Origin: Spirochaetia bacterium
GTDB taxonomy: Bacteria; Spirochaetota; Spirochaetia; UBA9216
DNA length: 64,000 nucleotides
NCBI GenBank assembly: GCA_963675665.1
Contig: OY776510.1
Span: forward strand, 1,056,001 to 1,120,000
Direction of reading: 5' to 3'
The notes below the pieces were generated by a model. The model was not told where the DNA came from, did not search any database, and was given only the letters and a program-made list of their open reading frames with translations. Below are positions 19,996 to 30,367 of this stretch, one piece after another. Both the position numbers and the translations under genes were made by a program. The first letter of the stretch is position 1, and each line of letters opens with the position of its first letter.

Positions 19996-21240
19996 ATGAA
20001 AACCTTAGTTGTTGTCGGATCCATGGACACCAAGGAATCTGAACTTTCTTATGTATGCAACGAAATCAGGCAGAGGGGCTACCGATCTCTTCTGCTTGAC
20101 GTTAGCACCAGCAAGGGCCATTTAAGCAAGGCGGATTACACCAGGGAGATGGTTGCTCTGGAAGGGGGAACTGTCTGGGAGCAGACTGTTGGAATGGAAA
20201 AGCATGAGCTGCTGAATGTTATGTGCGTCGGACTAAAGGTGCTGACTGCAAAATTATACAGTGAAGGCAATCTGGACGGTATTATTGCATTGGGAGGACT
20301 GCAGAACACGACAATGGGATCCTCAGCAATGTTTGGTTTGCCAATCGGTGTTCCAAAATTAATTGTATCAACTGTAGCTACCGGAAAAAGAACCTTCGAC
20401 AGGATTGTCGGATCTAAAGATATTACAGTAATGCCGTCGCCGTCGGATTTTACCGGTGTAAATTCAATCAGCAAGGTTGTTCTTGATAATGCTGTTGCGG
20501 CAATCCTGGGAATGGCCGAATTCGCCGGTCGTGAAATTCCCGCCTCGAACAAGATGAGAATCGGAACTACCCTTATGGGGGCAACCAATGACGGAATTAC
20601 AAATGCTGTAGATATTATGCAGAATAAAGGCTATGAGGTGGTTAGTTTCCACTCGACCGGCACCGGTGGAAGGGTGATGGAGGAATTGATTCAGGCGGAT
20701 GTTATTAATGCCGTAATGGATTTAACTCTGCATGAAGTGGTTTATGAGTATTTCGGTTACGGATTCGGTTATGGGGCAAACGGCCGGCTGATCACAGGAG
20801 CTGAAAAAGGTATTCCGATGCTTGTCTGTCCTGCCGGGATTGATTTTATGTGTCAGTGGCCTAATGAACTTTTTGAAGATATTGATCAAAGAAAATACAT
20901 CTGGCATAATCCGGCCCTCGCGCATGTCAAGCTTAACAAGAAAGAAGTTGTTGAAATATCTAAAATTATTGTTCAGCGGCTTAACCAGGCAAAGGGGAAG
21001 GTTATAGTTGTTATTCCGACGAAAGGGTTTCGATCTTTTTCCCAGCCGGGAGAAGCTTTGTACGATCCGGAAGTTGATCAGGCAATTATAGATGTGTTTA
21101 AAAATGAACTGAGAAGCAATATTCCGATAAAGTATGTTGATGCAAATCTGATGGATTTGAAATTTTCCGAATTTGTTGTCGGTGAAATGATTGATTTGTT
21201 GAAGAATGTGCAGAGGGAACAAAGAAATGAAAACGATTGA
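19996..21240 (+). CDS. Tm-1-like ATP-binding domain protein (UPF0261)
   Basis: GSMDTK.E, LPIGVPKLIVST, FHSTGTGG..ME, P.KGF motifs; ATG 19996 after GGAG. Confidence 0.85.
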   Translation: MKTLVVVGSMDTKESELSYVCNEIRQRGYRSLLLDVSTSKGHLSKADYTREMVALEGGTVWEQTVGMEKHELLNVMCVGLKVLTAKLYSEGNLDGIIALGGLQNTTMGSSAMFGLPIGVPKLIVSTVATGKRTFDRIVGSKDITVMPSPSDFTGVNSISKVVLDNAVAAILGMAEFAGREIPASNKMRIGTTLMGATNDGITNAVDIMQNKGYEVVSFHSTGTGGRVMEELIQADVINAVMDLTLHEVVYEYFGYGFGYGANGRLITGAEKGIPMLVCPAGIDFMCQWPNELFEDIDQRKYIWHNPALAHVKLNKKEVVEISKIIVQRLNQAKGKVIVVIPTKGFRSFSQPGEALYDPEVDQAIIDVFKNELRSNIPIKYVDANLMDLKFSEFVVGEMIDLLKNVQREQRNEND

Positions 21241-21841
21241 AGAAATAAAAGATAATATGGTCTTTATCGCGAGACGATGCAGCGCCCGAAATGCTCAAAC
21301 GGGAAACGGCGGGAATATCAGTGTAAAAACAGGTAAAAACGAAATGCTGATAATGGCCAGTCATGCTTCTTTTGCCGACTGCACTACTTCCAGTTTCGTT
21401 ACAGTAGATTTTGACGGTTCATTGATTGAAGGGGACTTGCCGCCTTCCCGGGAGTGTTTTCTTCATTCGGCGATTTACAAAAAATTCGGCCATGTTAATG
21501 CGATTGTTCATTGCCATCTTCCTTATGCAACAGCCTGGGCGTCCACAATGGTTCCGTTGCCGTTTTCTACCTACCATGCTGAAAAAAAGCTGGAGAGGAA
21601 ACTGAAAGTTTTTGATACCGGAAGCTATATTGTAACAAAAGAAAATATTGACAGAATTATGGATCAATTGGATGAAAGTCCGGAAACAAAAGGCTTTTTG
21701 TTGAAAAAACATGGAGCATTTGCCTTCGGCGTTGATGTTTTTGAAGCAAATTATATGTCGGAATTGATAGAGGAAACAGCGCAGATACAAATTCTTAGCG
21801 GGTTGATTCCTGAAAGAGCGCGAATAACGACAATGGGGTAA
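21227..21841 (+). CDS. Class II aldolase/adducin family protein
   Basis: GGNIS, PSRE..LH, HCH, KHG Zn ligands. Confidence 0.85.
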   Translation: MKTIEEIKDNMVFIARRCSARNAQTGNGGNISVKTGKNEMLIMASHASFADCTTSSFVTVDFDGSLIEGDLPPSRECFLHSAIYKKFGHVNAIVHCHLPYATAWASTMVPLPFSTYHAEKKLERKLKVFDTGSYIVTKENIDRIMDQLDESPETKGFLLKKHGAFAFGVDVFEANYMSELIEETAQIQILSGLIPERARITTMG

Positions 21842-21843
21842 TT

Positions 21844-22140
21844 ATGGATTTTAATATGGAAGAATGCGGGGGGTGCCAGACTTGCGAGATTGCATGTTCC
21901 TTTAAGCTGACCGGCGAATTTAATCCTTTGGTGTCGAGTATGGAAATTATCGAACTTGATGGAATGCCGGGCTATAAGGTCAGAATTTACGAAGACAATG
22001 ACGGGAACAGAATCGGTTGCGACGGATGTCTCAATGTTGATGGAGATCCGTACTGTGTTCAGTACTGTCACAAGCCTGTTGAATTGAAGGAAATTATTTA
22101 CAGATACAGAACCATGAAAAATATAAAGAGTAATGATTGA
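21844..22140 (+). CDS. 4Fe-4S ferredoxin-like AOR partner subunit
   Basis: CGGCQTCEIAC and CDGC...CVQYC. Confidence 0.8.
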   Translation: MDFNMEECGGCQTCEIACSFKLTGEFNPLVSSMEIIELDGMPGYKVRIYEDNDGNRIGCDGCLNVDGDPYCVQYCHKPVELKEIIYRYRTMKNIKSND

Positions 22141-22151
22141 GAGATTGTAAT

Positions 22152-24083
22152 ATGGAAGAATGCTATGGATTTACGGGAAAAACATTAAGGATAAACCTTT
22201 CGAATAAGGAAATCACGGTTGAAGATAATTCAAAATATTTCAGGGAGTGGCTGAATGCAAGCGGATATGCAGCAAAAATTATCTATGATGAACTTAAAGA
22301 ATGGGTTACCCCGTTTGACCCTGCCAATAAAGTTATTTTTTCCGCCGGTACATTGATCGGAACATTGGCACCCGGAGCATGTAAAATGAATATAAGCACA
22401 ATCGGGCCCATGACCGGCGGATGGGCTACATCTTTCAGCGACAGCTATGTTGCAATGGAATTAAAACACGCCGGGTATGATTCGGTAATAGTTGAAGGAA
22501 AATCACATTATCCCTGCTATTTATGGATAACCGACGAGGTCGTAGAAATTCGTGATGCGTCGGCTTTATGGGGGAAGGATACCTGGGAAACTCTTGAAGC
22601 AGTGCGTAAAGAATTAAATGATAAAAAATTACATGCTGTTTCTATCGGGCCTGCCGGAGAAAACCTTGTAAGGGGAGCTTCCGTTATACACGACAGAAAC
22701 CGGGGCTTTGGCCGCTGCGGGATCGGGGCCGTAATGGGTTCTAAAAATCTCAAGGCCCTGGTTTGTAAAGGGAAATTACCGGTAAAAGTGGCGGATAAGG
22801 AGCGGTTCATAAAAAAAGCAGGTGAATGCCGCAAGCGTATTCTTGCAGCGGCAAATACCGAACGATTTGCAAAATACAGTACGCTTGGAATTTTCCAGAA
22901 GAAACAGGAAATGGGTGCAATATCGTATAAAAACTGCCAGGAAAGCGTCTTTCCGGAAGATACCGATATTTCGATGGATCCTGCTCTGGTTGTCGATAAA
23001 TATTCCGTTGCAAAACAGAATTTCCCTGGCTGTCCCATCGGCTGTTCGCGTTATATGGAAATAACGGACGGCCCCTATAAGGGCCTGGTAACCGAAGGTA
23101 ATCATTGGGAACCCTTCGGGACAATAGTTGCGCGGTGCGGATGCAAGGAACCGACTTTTATGGTAAAGGTCAGCGCATACTGTAATCAGATGGGTGTAGA
23201 TTTTAACCTGGCAGGCAACACCATTGCCTGGGCTATGGAATGTTACCAGAGAGGAATTCTTACCGAAAAAGACACCGACGGTATGACCCTGGAATGGGGA
23301 GACGAACCTGTAATACTCGAATTAATCAGAAAAATATCCTACAGAGAAGGGTTCGGGAATATTCTGGCCGAAGGGGTTAAAAGGGCTTCGGATCTTGTCG
23401 GCCGCGGCAGTTCATATTATGCAATGCATTTAAAGGGGCAGGATTTATATGAGTCTCTAAGGGGCTCAAATGCCTGGGCCCTGGGTGCGGCTGTGTCTAC
23501 CAGGGGAGGCGGTCATACAACCGGCACCTGCGGCTTCGAACAGATGTTGAAAGTGGATAATGAAAAGGCCTACGAGATTCTCGGCGTCAGAAACGTGGAT
23601 GATCCGCTGACTTACGACGGGAAGGCTGAAGTGACCTATCTTTATGAAGTTTTGCACAGAATCAACAACTGTACGGGAATCTGTCATCAGAACACGGTTT
23701 ATAATAATCTGGATTATATAAATATTGATGATCTGGCAAAATTGCTTTCTGCCGCAACAGGTATTGAATTTACTGTCGACGATCTTGAAGATTGCGCCAT
23801 GAGGCAGTTGAACCTGGAAAAAGCGATAAATGCGCGATTCACTCAATTCGGAAGGGAAGATGATTTACCTACATTGCGCGAACAAAATGAACCTTTGAGA
23901 AAAGGAAAAATGGACGGCTGGAAGCTTGATATGGACAAGTGGAATGAAATGCTGGACAGATATTATGATCTTCACGGATGGGACAGGGAAACCTCTTATC
24001 CGACACGAAGCATCCTGGAAAAATACAGTCTCGGGTATGTTGCCGATGAGCTTGAAGCAATAGGGAAACTCGGCAAAGAATAA
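22152..24083 (+). CDS. Tungsten aldehyde:ferredoxin oxidoreductase family protein
   Basis: YGFTGKTLRINL, IGPAGEN, GRCGIGAVMGSKNLKA, REGFGNILAEG, YY.LHGWD. Confidence 0.9.
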   Translation: MEECYGFTGKTLRINLSNKEITVEDNSKYFREWLNASGYAAKIIYDELKEWVTPFDPANKVIFSAGTLIGTLAPGACKMNISTIGPMTGGWATSFSDSYVAMELKHAGYDSVIVEGKSHYPCYLWITDEVVEIRDASALWGKDTWETLEAVRKELNDKKLHAVSIGPAGENLVRGASVIHDRNRGFGRCGIGAVMGSKNLKALVCKGKLPVKVADKERFIKKAGECRKRILAAANTERFAKYSTLGIFQKKQEMGAISYKNCQESVFPEDTDISMDPALVVDKYSVAKQNFPGCPIGCSRYMEITDGPYKGLVTEGNHWEPFGTIVARCGCKEPTFMVKVSAYCNQMGVDFNLAGNTIAWAMECYQRGILTEKDTDGMTLEWGDEPVILELIRKISYREGFGNILAEGVKRASDLVGRGSSYYAMHLKGQDLYESLRGSNAWALGAAVSTRGGGHTTGTCGFEQMLKVDNEKAYEILGVRNVDDPLTYDGKAEVTYLYEVLHRINNCTGICHQNTVYNNLDYINIDDLAKLLSAATGIEFTVDDLEDCAMRQLNLEKAINARFTQFGREDDLPTLREQNEPLRKGKMDGWKLDMDKWNEMLDRYYDLHGWDRETSYPTRSILEKYSLGYVADELEAIGKLGKE

Positions 24084-24112
24084 AAAAAGGAGCGTCGCCG
24101 CTCCTTTTTTTG
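24082..24112. terminator. Bidirectional intrinsic terminator
   Basis: aaaaaaaGGAGCG-tcgc-CGCTCCttttttt between convergent operons. Confidence 0.85.
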
Positions 24113-24124
24113 TTACCGGACAAA

Positions 24125-25069
24125 TTATAGATATTTCTTTTTTTGAATATTTGCCGAGTCGATGATGATGATAAGAATCAACAACAGACCCCTGATTATT
24201 TCCTGAACAAAAGGGGATATTTTCATTATTACCATTGCATTATTCATAATCCCGAGAAGAATTATACCCTGAAAAGCCTTTACAATACTTCCTTCCCCGC
24301 CGTCCATGCTTATTCCGCCGAGCAGAACGGCTGTGATAACCAGTACGTTGGAATATTGGCCTATATTTCCCGACGCAATATTCAGTTTTGCGGCCAGCAT
24401 AACCCCGGCAAAGCCCGAAAGAATGCCGGTTATTACAAAGCAGAGAATCCTTATTTTATCTACCTTGATTCCGAAAAAACGGCTTGCCGTCGGGTTTCCT
24501 CCTACCGCAAAAATGCTTCTGCCGAAAAAGGTCTTCTGCAGAATGATTTCGAATATAATTACAAGCGCGATAAACAGAATTACCGGAAGAGGAATATTCA
24601 TGATTTTGGTCTGCGACAGCACGGCAAAAGCCTCATTGGTTCCGGTAAGGGTATGCTCCTTTGTCAGAGCGAAAACAATACCTTTCAGTAAAATCATTAT
24701 TCCGAGCGTAACCGCTATGGAGGGCAGTTTCAGTTTCGTTACAAACAGGCCGTTTATCAGTCCGAAGACAAGTCCGCCGATAATGCCCGCCAGCAGGCCG
24801 GGAAAGACACCGAAAGGCTGAAAAATTATCGCCAGAACGGAGCCGAAGGCCATTATGGAACCGACCGAGAGGTCAATTTCTCCAAGAATAATTAATAAAG
24901 CCATTCCTATAGCTATCATTCCTTCATACGACATTGCCAGAAATATATTCGTTATATTCTGAAAGGTGAGAAAATATCTGGAGCGGAACGACAGATATAA
25001 TCCTATAGCTATAATAATTAATACTATTTTTTGATCTATAACAAAATTCTTTATCTTATCAGTTTTCAC
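24125..25069 (-). CDS. Sugar ABC transporter permease (RbsC-like)
   Basis: IDLSVGS, FGRSIFAVGGN, AVLLGG. Confidence 0.9.
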   Translation of the reverse strand: MKTDKIKNFVIDQKIVLIIIAIGLYLSFRSRYFLTFQNITNIFLAMSYEGMIAIGMALLIILGEIDLSVGSIMAFGSVLAIIFQPFGVFPGLLAGIIGGLVFGLINGLFVTKLKLPSIAVTLGIMILLKGIVFALTKEHTLTGTNEAFAVLSQTKIMNIPLPVILFIALVIIFEIILQKTFFGRSIFAVGGNPTASRFFGIKVDKIRILCFVITGILSGFAGVMLAAKLNIASGNIGQYSNVLVITAVLLGGISMDGGEGSIVKAFQGIILLGIMNNAMVIMKISPFVQEIIRGLLLILIIIIDSANIQKKKYL

Positions 25070-26009
25070 TACTTTTCCTTGCTCTGCCGTCTATACATAT
25101 TGCGGTTATTATTAAAATGCCCTTCGTAATACTCTGATATGCAAACGGGATATTATATAAAGTCAGAATGTTAATAATGGTTGCAAGCAGCAGTACTCCC
25201 ACGATTGTCTTGAATATACTTCCCTTGCCTCCGGCAAGGCTTGTTCCTCCGATTACAACCGCCGTTATTGCATCGAATTCATAACCGACTCCCATAATCG
25301 GACTTGCCGTGGTCATTCTTGAAGCGTAGATAAGAACGGCTATTGCAACCGAAAGACTGGACATCATAAATGCGGTTATAACCACCCGGTCTGATCTGAT
25401 TCCGGCAATCTCTGCTGCCGAGTGGTTTGTTCCGACGTACTTTATTTTTCTGCCGAAAGTTGTACTGCCCAGAATAATATGGAGTATGATTGCGACTATA
25501 AACAATACATAAACATGGTTGGGGATACCGAAAAGCTTGCCGCGACCAACTATTCCGAACCAGGTTCCTGTTCTGCCGGATATTATTGATCCGTTTGTAA
25601 TAAGCAGAGCTATTCCGGAGTAAAGCGAAAGCGAGCCCAGGGTTGCTATAATGGAATTAACTTTGAATTTTGTGACAACAAAACCGTTAAGAAACCCGAT
25701 TATCAGGGCCACTATCACCGGAAATATTATTCCCAGAAGGTTATTGTTCTGCTGGAACAGAATGGAAATAAGACCAAGAAGAGAAAAGACCGAACCGACG
25801 GACAGATCAAGATTTCCCGTTATTATTACCATGGTCATTCCGCAGCTTATTACCCCTATTACCGTTATCTGCTTAAGCAGGTTGATGAAATTCCCCGTAG
25901 ATCTGAAATTGGGGGATAGAATTGAGAATACTACAACCAGCGCGAGTAAGATTAAGATCTGTGACTGCTCTTTTAAAATATCTGTAAGAATCTTTTTATC
26001 AGTTTTCAT
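25059..26009 (-). CDS. Sugar ABC transporter permease (RbsC-like)
   Basis: LDLSVGS, GYEFDAITAVVIGGTSLAGGKG. Confidence 0.9.
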   Translation of the reverse strand: MKTDKKILTDILKEQSQILILLALVVVFSILSPNFRSTGNFINLLKQITVIGVISCGMTMVIITGNLDLSVGSVFSLLGLISILFQQNNNLLGIIFPVIVALIIGFLNGFVVTKFKVNSIIATLGSLSLYSGIALLITNGSIISGRTGTWFGIVGRGKLFGIPNHVYVLFIVAIILHIILGSTTFGRKIKYVGTNHSAAEIAGIRSDRVVITAFMMSSLSVAIAVLIYASRMTTASPIMGVGYEFDAITAVVIGGTSLAGGKGSIFKTIVGVLLLATIINILTLYNIPFAYQSITKGILIITAICIDGRARKSSEN

Positions 26010-27490
26010 TATACTCTCGTAACTGCCTTTATTATGTTTTCCTGCGTAATATCCTGATCCGAGAATTCCGCCCGAATCTCGCCTTTTGACAAAACGATTA
26101 CGCTGTTTGATAATCGTGTGATTTCAGGAATTTCTGATGAAAGAAGAAGAATCGACACCCCCTGTGATGCCAGCTCCTTAATTATGCCGTAAATTTCTTC
26201 CTTGCTTCCGACATCTATACCGCGGGTCGGATCATTAAGAATCATCATCTTCGGTTTTACAGCCAGAAGCCTTGAAAAGATGGCTTTCTGCTGATTGCCT
26301 CCGCTGAGACTCACAATAGGCGTTTGAATTCCGGGGGTTTTAATTTTCAGTTTGTCAACATAGGTTTCCGAAAGTTCGGCTTCCTTTCTTCGGTTTATAA
26401 AAGTGTTTTCCTCAATATTGAAAAGCCATAAAGGTGAAATGTTATAATTTACGCTCATATCCAGAAAAAGTGACTGAAGCTTTCTTTCTTCGGGAAGATA
26501 GATAATATTTTGCTTTATGGCATCGGCAGGATGACTGATTGTAATTTTTTCATTTTCAAAAACAAGTTCTTTCGCCTGCGCCGGCCACAACCCGACTATG
26601 CTTTTAACAAGCTCATCCTTGCCGGAACCCATCAGGCCCGCGATTCCGAGAATCTCTCCTTTGTGAAGTTTAAGCCTGAAATCCGTTATCTTGTTCCTGA
26701 TTTCCATTTTCTTAATTTCAAAGATAACCTCTTTCCTTTCGGAAATATTTTTCCCTGTTTCTTCAAGTTCATGACCGATCATCATTGAAATTATACTCTC
26801 GGTATCGAAATCGCCGCGTTTGAAAACTCCCTGTCGTTTGCCGTCCCTGAAAACACTGACCCTGTCGGCAATCTCGGCGACTTCATCCAGTCTGTGTGAA
26901 ATATAAATAACGCTTATTCCCTTGCTTTTCAGTTCCCGTATGATGGTGAATAATTTTTCAACCTCTTTGTTTGTAAGAGAAGATGTAGGTTCGTCCATGA
27001 TAATAACCCTGGCGTTTTTAATTGTGATAGCCTTGATTATTTCAATAAACTGCTGTTCGGCAGTTGTTATTTTTGACAATTTAACAGTCGGATTTATATT
27101 GATGTCAAACTCATTGAGGGCTTCACTGGTGTCTTCCATCAATTTTCTGAAATTGACAAACCCCGGAACTTTTCCTTTCGGCAGTTTTCCAAGATAAATA
27201 TTTTCCGCAACTGTAAGTTTCTGAATATTTTCCAGTTCCTGGTAAATCATGCTTATTCCGAAATCCCTTGATGTATCAACGTTTCCAAGATCCTGTTCTT
27301 TTCCATCGATCAGAATTTTGCCTGAATCTTTTGTATAAACACCGGATATTATTTTCATCAATGTTGATTTTCCGGCACCGTTCTCACCTACTATTGCATG
27401 AACTTCTCCCGCCTCCAGTTCAAAATCAACCTGATTCAGAGCTATGGTTCCGGGGAATTTTTTTACCACTTTTTTTACTTCAAGCAACAC
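26009..27490 (-). CDS. Sugar ABC transporter ATP-binding protein (RbsA-like)
   Basis: GENGAGKST, MDEPT, LSGGNQQK, PTRGIDVG. Confidence 0.95.
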   Translation of the reverse strand: MLLEVKKVVKKFPGTIALNQVDFELEAGEVHAIVGENGAGKSTLMKIISGVYTKDSGKILIDGKEQDLGNVDTSRDFGISMIYQELENIQKLTVAENIYLGKLPKGKVPGFVNFRKLMEDTSEALNEFDININPTVKLSKITTAEQQFIEIIKAITIKNARVIIMDEPTSSLTNKEVEKLFTIIRELKSKGISVIYISHRLDEVAEIADRVSVFRDGKRQGVFKRGDFDTESIISMMIGHELEETGKNISERKEVIFEIKKMEIRNKITDFRLKLHKGEILGIAGLMGSGKDELVKSIVGLWPAQAKELVFENEKITISHPADAIKQNIIYLPEERKLQSLFLDMSVNYNISPLWLFNIEENTFINRRKEAELSETYVDKLKIKTPGIQTPIVSLSGGNQQKAIFSRLLAVKPKMMILNDPTRGIDVGSKEEIYGIIKELASQGVSILLLSSEIPEITRLSNSVIVLSKGEIRAEFSDQDITQENIIKAVTRV

Positions 27491-27545
27491 AGCCGCACCT
27501 GCCTTTTGTAAATTTTGTTGTTCCCATTCTCAATCCTCATTCAAT

Positions 27546-28691
27546 CTAATAGTTGCTGATATAATCATTTCTTAAAAATAGAGCTACACCGGTTATCGAG
27601 GCATCTTCTAACAGTTTTGAAGTTATAATTTTATTTTCTTTATTAAAGACATTTGATTTTGATTGTGCAAACCTCTTTAGGATTTCCGGAATTAAAGTAG
27701 GGGAGAAATGGGCAATTTCACCTCCGATGACGGTGATCTCCGGATCTATGGTTACCAGTAGATTTTTTAATGTGAAAGCAAAATCTTCAATATATTCTTC
27801 CCATATTTCTATGGCAGTTTCTTGCTCTCTCTCTTTGTAATACATGAATTCCTCAATGCTGTTGATCTTCTTCTTTGATTTTTTATTATATTCATTGAGG
27901 ATAGAATCAATTGAAATATATTCGTTAAGGCATCCAAGTTCCCCACAGGTGCACTTTCTGCCTTCAGGTTTTATTACTATGTGCCCTATCTCTCCTGCTT
28001 TGTAACAGGAACCGTGGTAAAGTCTGTTGTTCATGATAATTCCGCCGCCGACCCCCTTCATTATTGATAGGTAGAGAACGTTTGAGCAGCCTTTTGCGGC
28101 TCCTATCTGCCATTCTGCATAAGCGGCAGCGTTTGCTTCATTTTCAAAATAGACCGGACAGCCGAGAATTTCGTTATATTTTTGAAAGTGGGTATCAGCA
28201 ATATGTAGATTAGGTGCTACTTCAATATTTTTTACATCTTCGTTAACAATGCCTGGTATGGAAATTCCTATCCCCAATAGATTGGGGATTGTAATATTGT
28301 TGGCAAGCAGCATGTCTTTAATTATGTGTATGAGTTTCTCCATCACTTCATCAAAGTTGAGAAACCTGCTTGTGGTTATTTCTTCAACTGCAATTTCTTC
28401 CATTTTAAAATTGAACATCATTACTTTTACAGTATCTACCAGGAAGTCAATTCCGATAGTGTACTTGCTGTTCGGTTTCAAATTTACAATAACAGGTTTT
28501 CTGCCGCCTCGCGAATCGCCGACACCACCAATCTCCAATAGTCCTTCTTGTACAAGTTCTTTTACATTTGTTATGACAGTTGGGAGAGATGCTTTAATTT
28601 CACCTGCTATATCAACCTGATTGATTGTTTCACGTTCGCATAATAATTTAATTATTTTCTGTTGAGTAATGTGAAGGTTTTTATAATCCAA
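27546..28691 (-). CDS. ROK family transcriptional regulator
   Basis: N-terminal wHTH, GGRKP, ENEANAAA, GEIGH, CTCG..GCL. Confidence 0.9.
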   Translation of the reverse strand: MDYKNLHITQQKIIKLLCERETINQVDIAGEIKASLPTVITNVKELVQEGLLEIGGVGDSRGGRKPVIVNLKPNSKYTIGIDFLVDTVKVMMFNFKMEEIAVEEITTSRFLNFDEVMEKLIHIIKDMLLANNITIPNLLGIGISIPGIVNEDVKNIEVAPNLHIADTHFQKYNEILGCPVYFENEANAAAYAEWQIGAAKGCSNVLYLSIMKGVGGGIIMNNRLYHGSCYKAGEIGHIVIKPEGRKCTCGELGCLNEYISIDSILNEYNKKSKKKINSIEEFMYYKEREQETAIEIWEEYIEDFAFTLKNLLVTIDPEITVIGGEIAHFSPTLIPEILKRFAQSKSNVFNKENKIITSKLLEDASITGVALFLRNDYISNY

Positions 28692-28694
28692 AAC

Positions 28695-29025
28695 ATATTC
28701 CTTATAGTTTGCTCTTTATAAAGTAGCCTAATAATGTTTGGTTGTCAATCGTAAATGTTTCGTTAATATTTTTTTGATTTTGAAATAGTAATATATTGGG
28801 AATGTTCTGGTCAATTCGGAGGTAATTTTTCAAAAATAGGATATTTTTTCAATATTTAAAGGGTGGATCAGTAACTTTGTATTAAAAGGGATTAAATTGC
28901 TTAAAAGTAAAGTATCTTAATAAAGCCGATTGACAAATAAAGAATCATGATTTAAAATTATTAATTGTAAAAAGGGAGACTGTTTAAAAGTGTAATTAGT
29001 AAACAAATCCTTTTTAATATCTTTA
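28695..29025. repeat. Divergent promoter region, copy 1 (homologous to ~30640-30971)
   Basis: Shared blocks ctttataaag..cctaataatgtt.ggttgt.aatc, gatattttt.caatatt, aaagtaaagtatcttaataaag....ttgacaaat, aaagtgtaatt.gtaaacaaatcctttt.aatatctttat. Confidence 0.9.
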
Positions 29026-29199
29026 TGTAATATAAATAAATGTCCGTTGAGAGTTTACAGGAAACAAGCTCATAGGGGATATTTAATTTCATGGATTTCT
29101 ATGCTTATTTTAGCAGTGTACTGGAAAAATTGATTGATAGAGATTATTGAAATTTTTATCATTTGACAAAATAGATAAATTTACATCAAGGGGAATAAA

Positions 29200-30363
29200 A
29201 TGGAGAAAGAAGTCATCAAAGTTGGCGTTATCGGTTGTGGTGTTATATCTGAAATATATATGAAAAACGCACAAAAATTTGAAGCTGTAGAATTTGTAGC
29301 TTGTGCCGATTTAATTGCAGAAAAAGCAGAAAAAAGAGCTAAGCAGTTTAACATTAAAGCAGTAACGGACGAAGAATTACTGGCAGATCCGGAAATAGAA
29401 TTAGTACTGAATATTACTGAACCATATAATCATTTAGAAGTAAGTCTAATGATTCTAAATGCTGGAAAAAACCTATACACAGAAAAACCTTTAGCTGTTA
29501 ATATTGAGGAAGGGAAACAAATTGTAGATCTTGCCAAAGAAAAAGGTTTGCGGGTCGGGGTTGCGCCTGATTTGTTTTTAGGGGGAAGATTACAAACATT
29601 TAGAAAGCTTATTGACGATGGATGGATAGGAGATGTTTTAGGGGCTTCTTGTTCTATGGTATGTCATGGACATGAAGTATGGCATCCAAATCCGGAGTTT
29701 TACTATAAAAGAGGTGGTGGACCATTATTTGATATGGGACCATATTATGTATCTGCATTATTATCATTAATGGGACCAGTTAAAAGAGTTTCCGGAGCTA
29801 AAAATATTACTTTTAATCAAAGAACAATAACAAGTGAACCATTAAATGGTCAAGTTATAGGCGTTGATGTACCAACTCATGTTTCTGGTACAATTGAATT
29901 TGAAAGTGGAGCTATTGCAGGTCTTACAACAAGTTTTGATGTGTGGAATTCAAAAACCCCACGTTTTGAGATTTACGGAACTAGAGGTACTTTATGCATG
30001 GAAGATGCTGATCCAATGGGAGGACCTAATTTATTTGGCGGTGAGACTTTATTAAAAACACATAAAGATATTGACTGGTGGCATCATGACCTTATAGACA
30101 ATAAAGAAACACCATGGCATAAAATACCAACATTGTATGATTATAATACTGACAGCAGATGTCTAGGACTTTCTGATATGGCAACAGCTTTAATATCCGG
30201 AAGAGAACATAGAGCGAGTTTAGAAATGGGCTTTCATGCACTGGAAGTTATGGATGGAATTTATAAATCTGCTGATTCAGGGAAATATTATAACCTTGAA
30301 GGAACATTTACAAGACCTGAACCATTACCATTAGGATTAACTAAGTATGTATTAGATAAATAA
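29200..30363 (+). CDS. Gfo/Idh/MocA oxidoreductase (paralog 1)
   Basis: GCGVIS, EKP, GGGPLFDMGPYY. Confidence 0.9.
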   Translation: MEKEVIKVGVIGCGVISEIYMKNAQKFEAVEFVACADLIAEKAEKRAKQFNIKAVTDEELLADPEIELVLNITEPYNHLEVSLMILNAGKNLYTEKPLAVNIEEGKQIVDLAKEKGLRVGVAPDLFLGGRLQTFRKLIDDGWIGDVLGASCSMVCHGHEVWHPNPEFYYKRGGGPLFDMGPYYVSALLSLMGPVKRVSGAKNITFNQRTITSEPLNGQVIGVDVPTHVSGTIEFESGAIAGLTTSFDVWNSKTPRFEIYGTRGTLCMEDADPMGGPNLFGGETLLKTHKDIDWWHHDLIDNKETPWHKIPTLYDYNTDSRCLGLSDMATALISGREHRASLEMGFHALEVMDGIYKSADSGKYYNLEGTFTRPEPLPLGLTKYVLDK

Positions 30364-30367
30364 GCTT

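Noticed and set aside
24143-24821. Long antisense ORFs over permease, cobT and transposase genes (e.g. 24143-24691, 46051-46644, 34086-34682)
   Set aside because: They overlap well-supported genes on the opposite strand and lack RBS or motifs.
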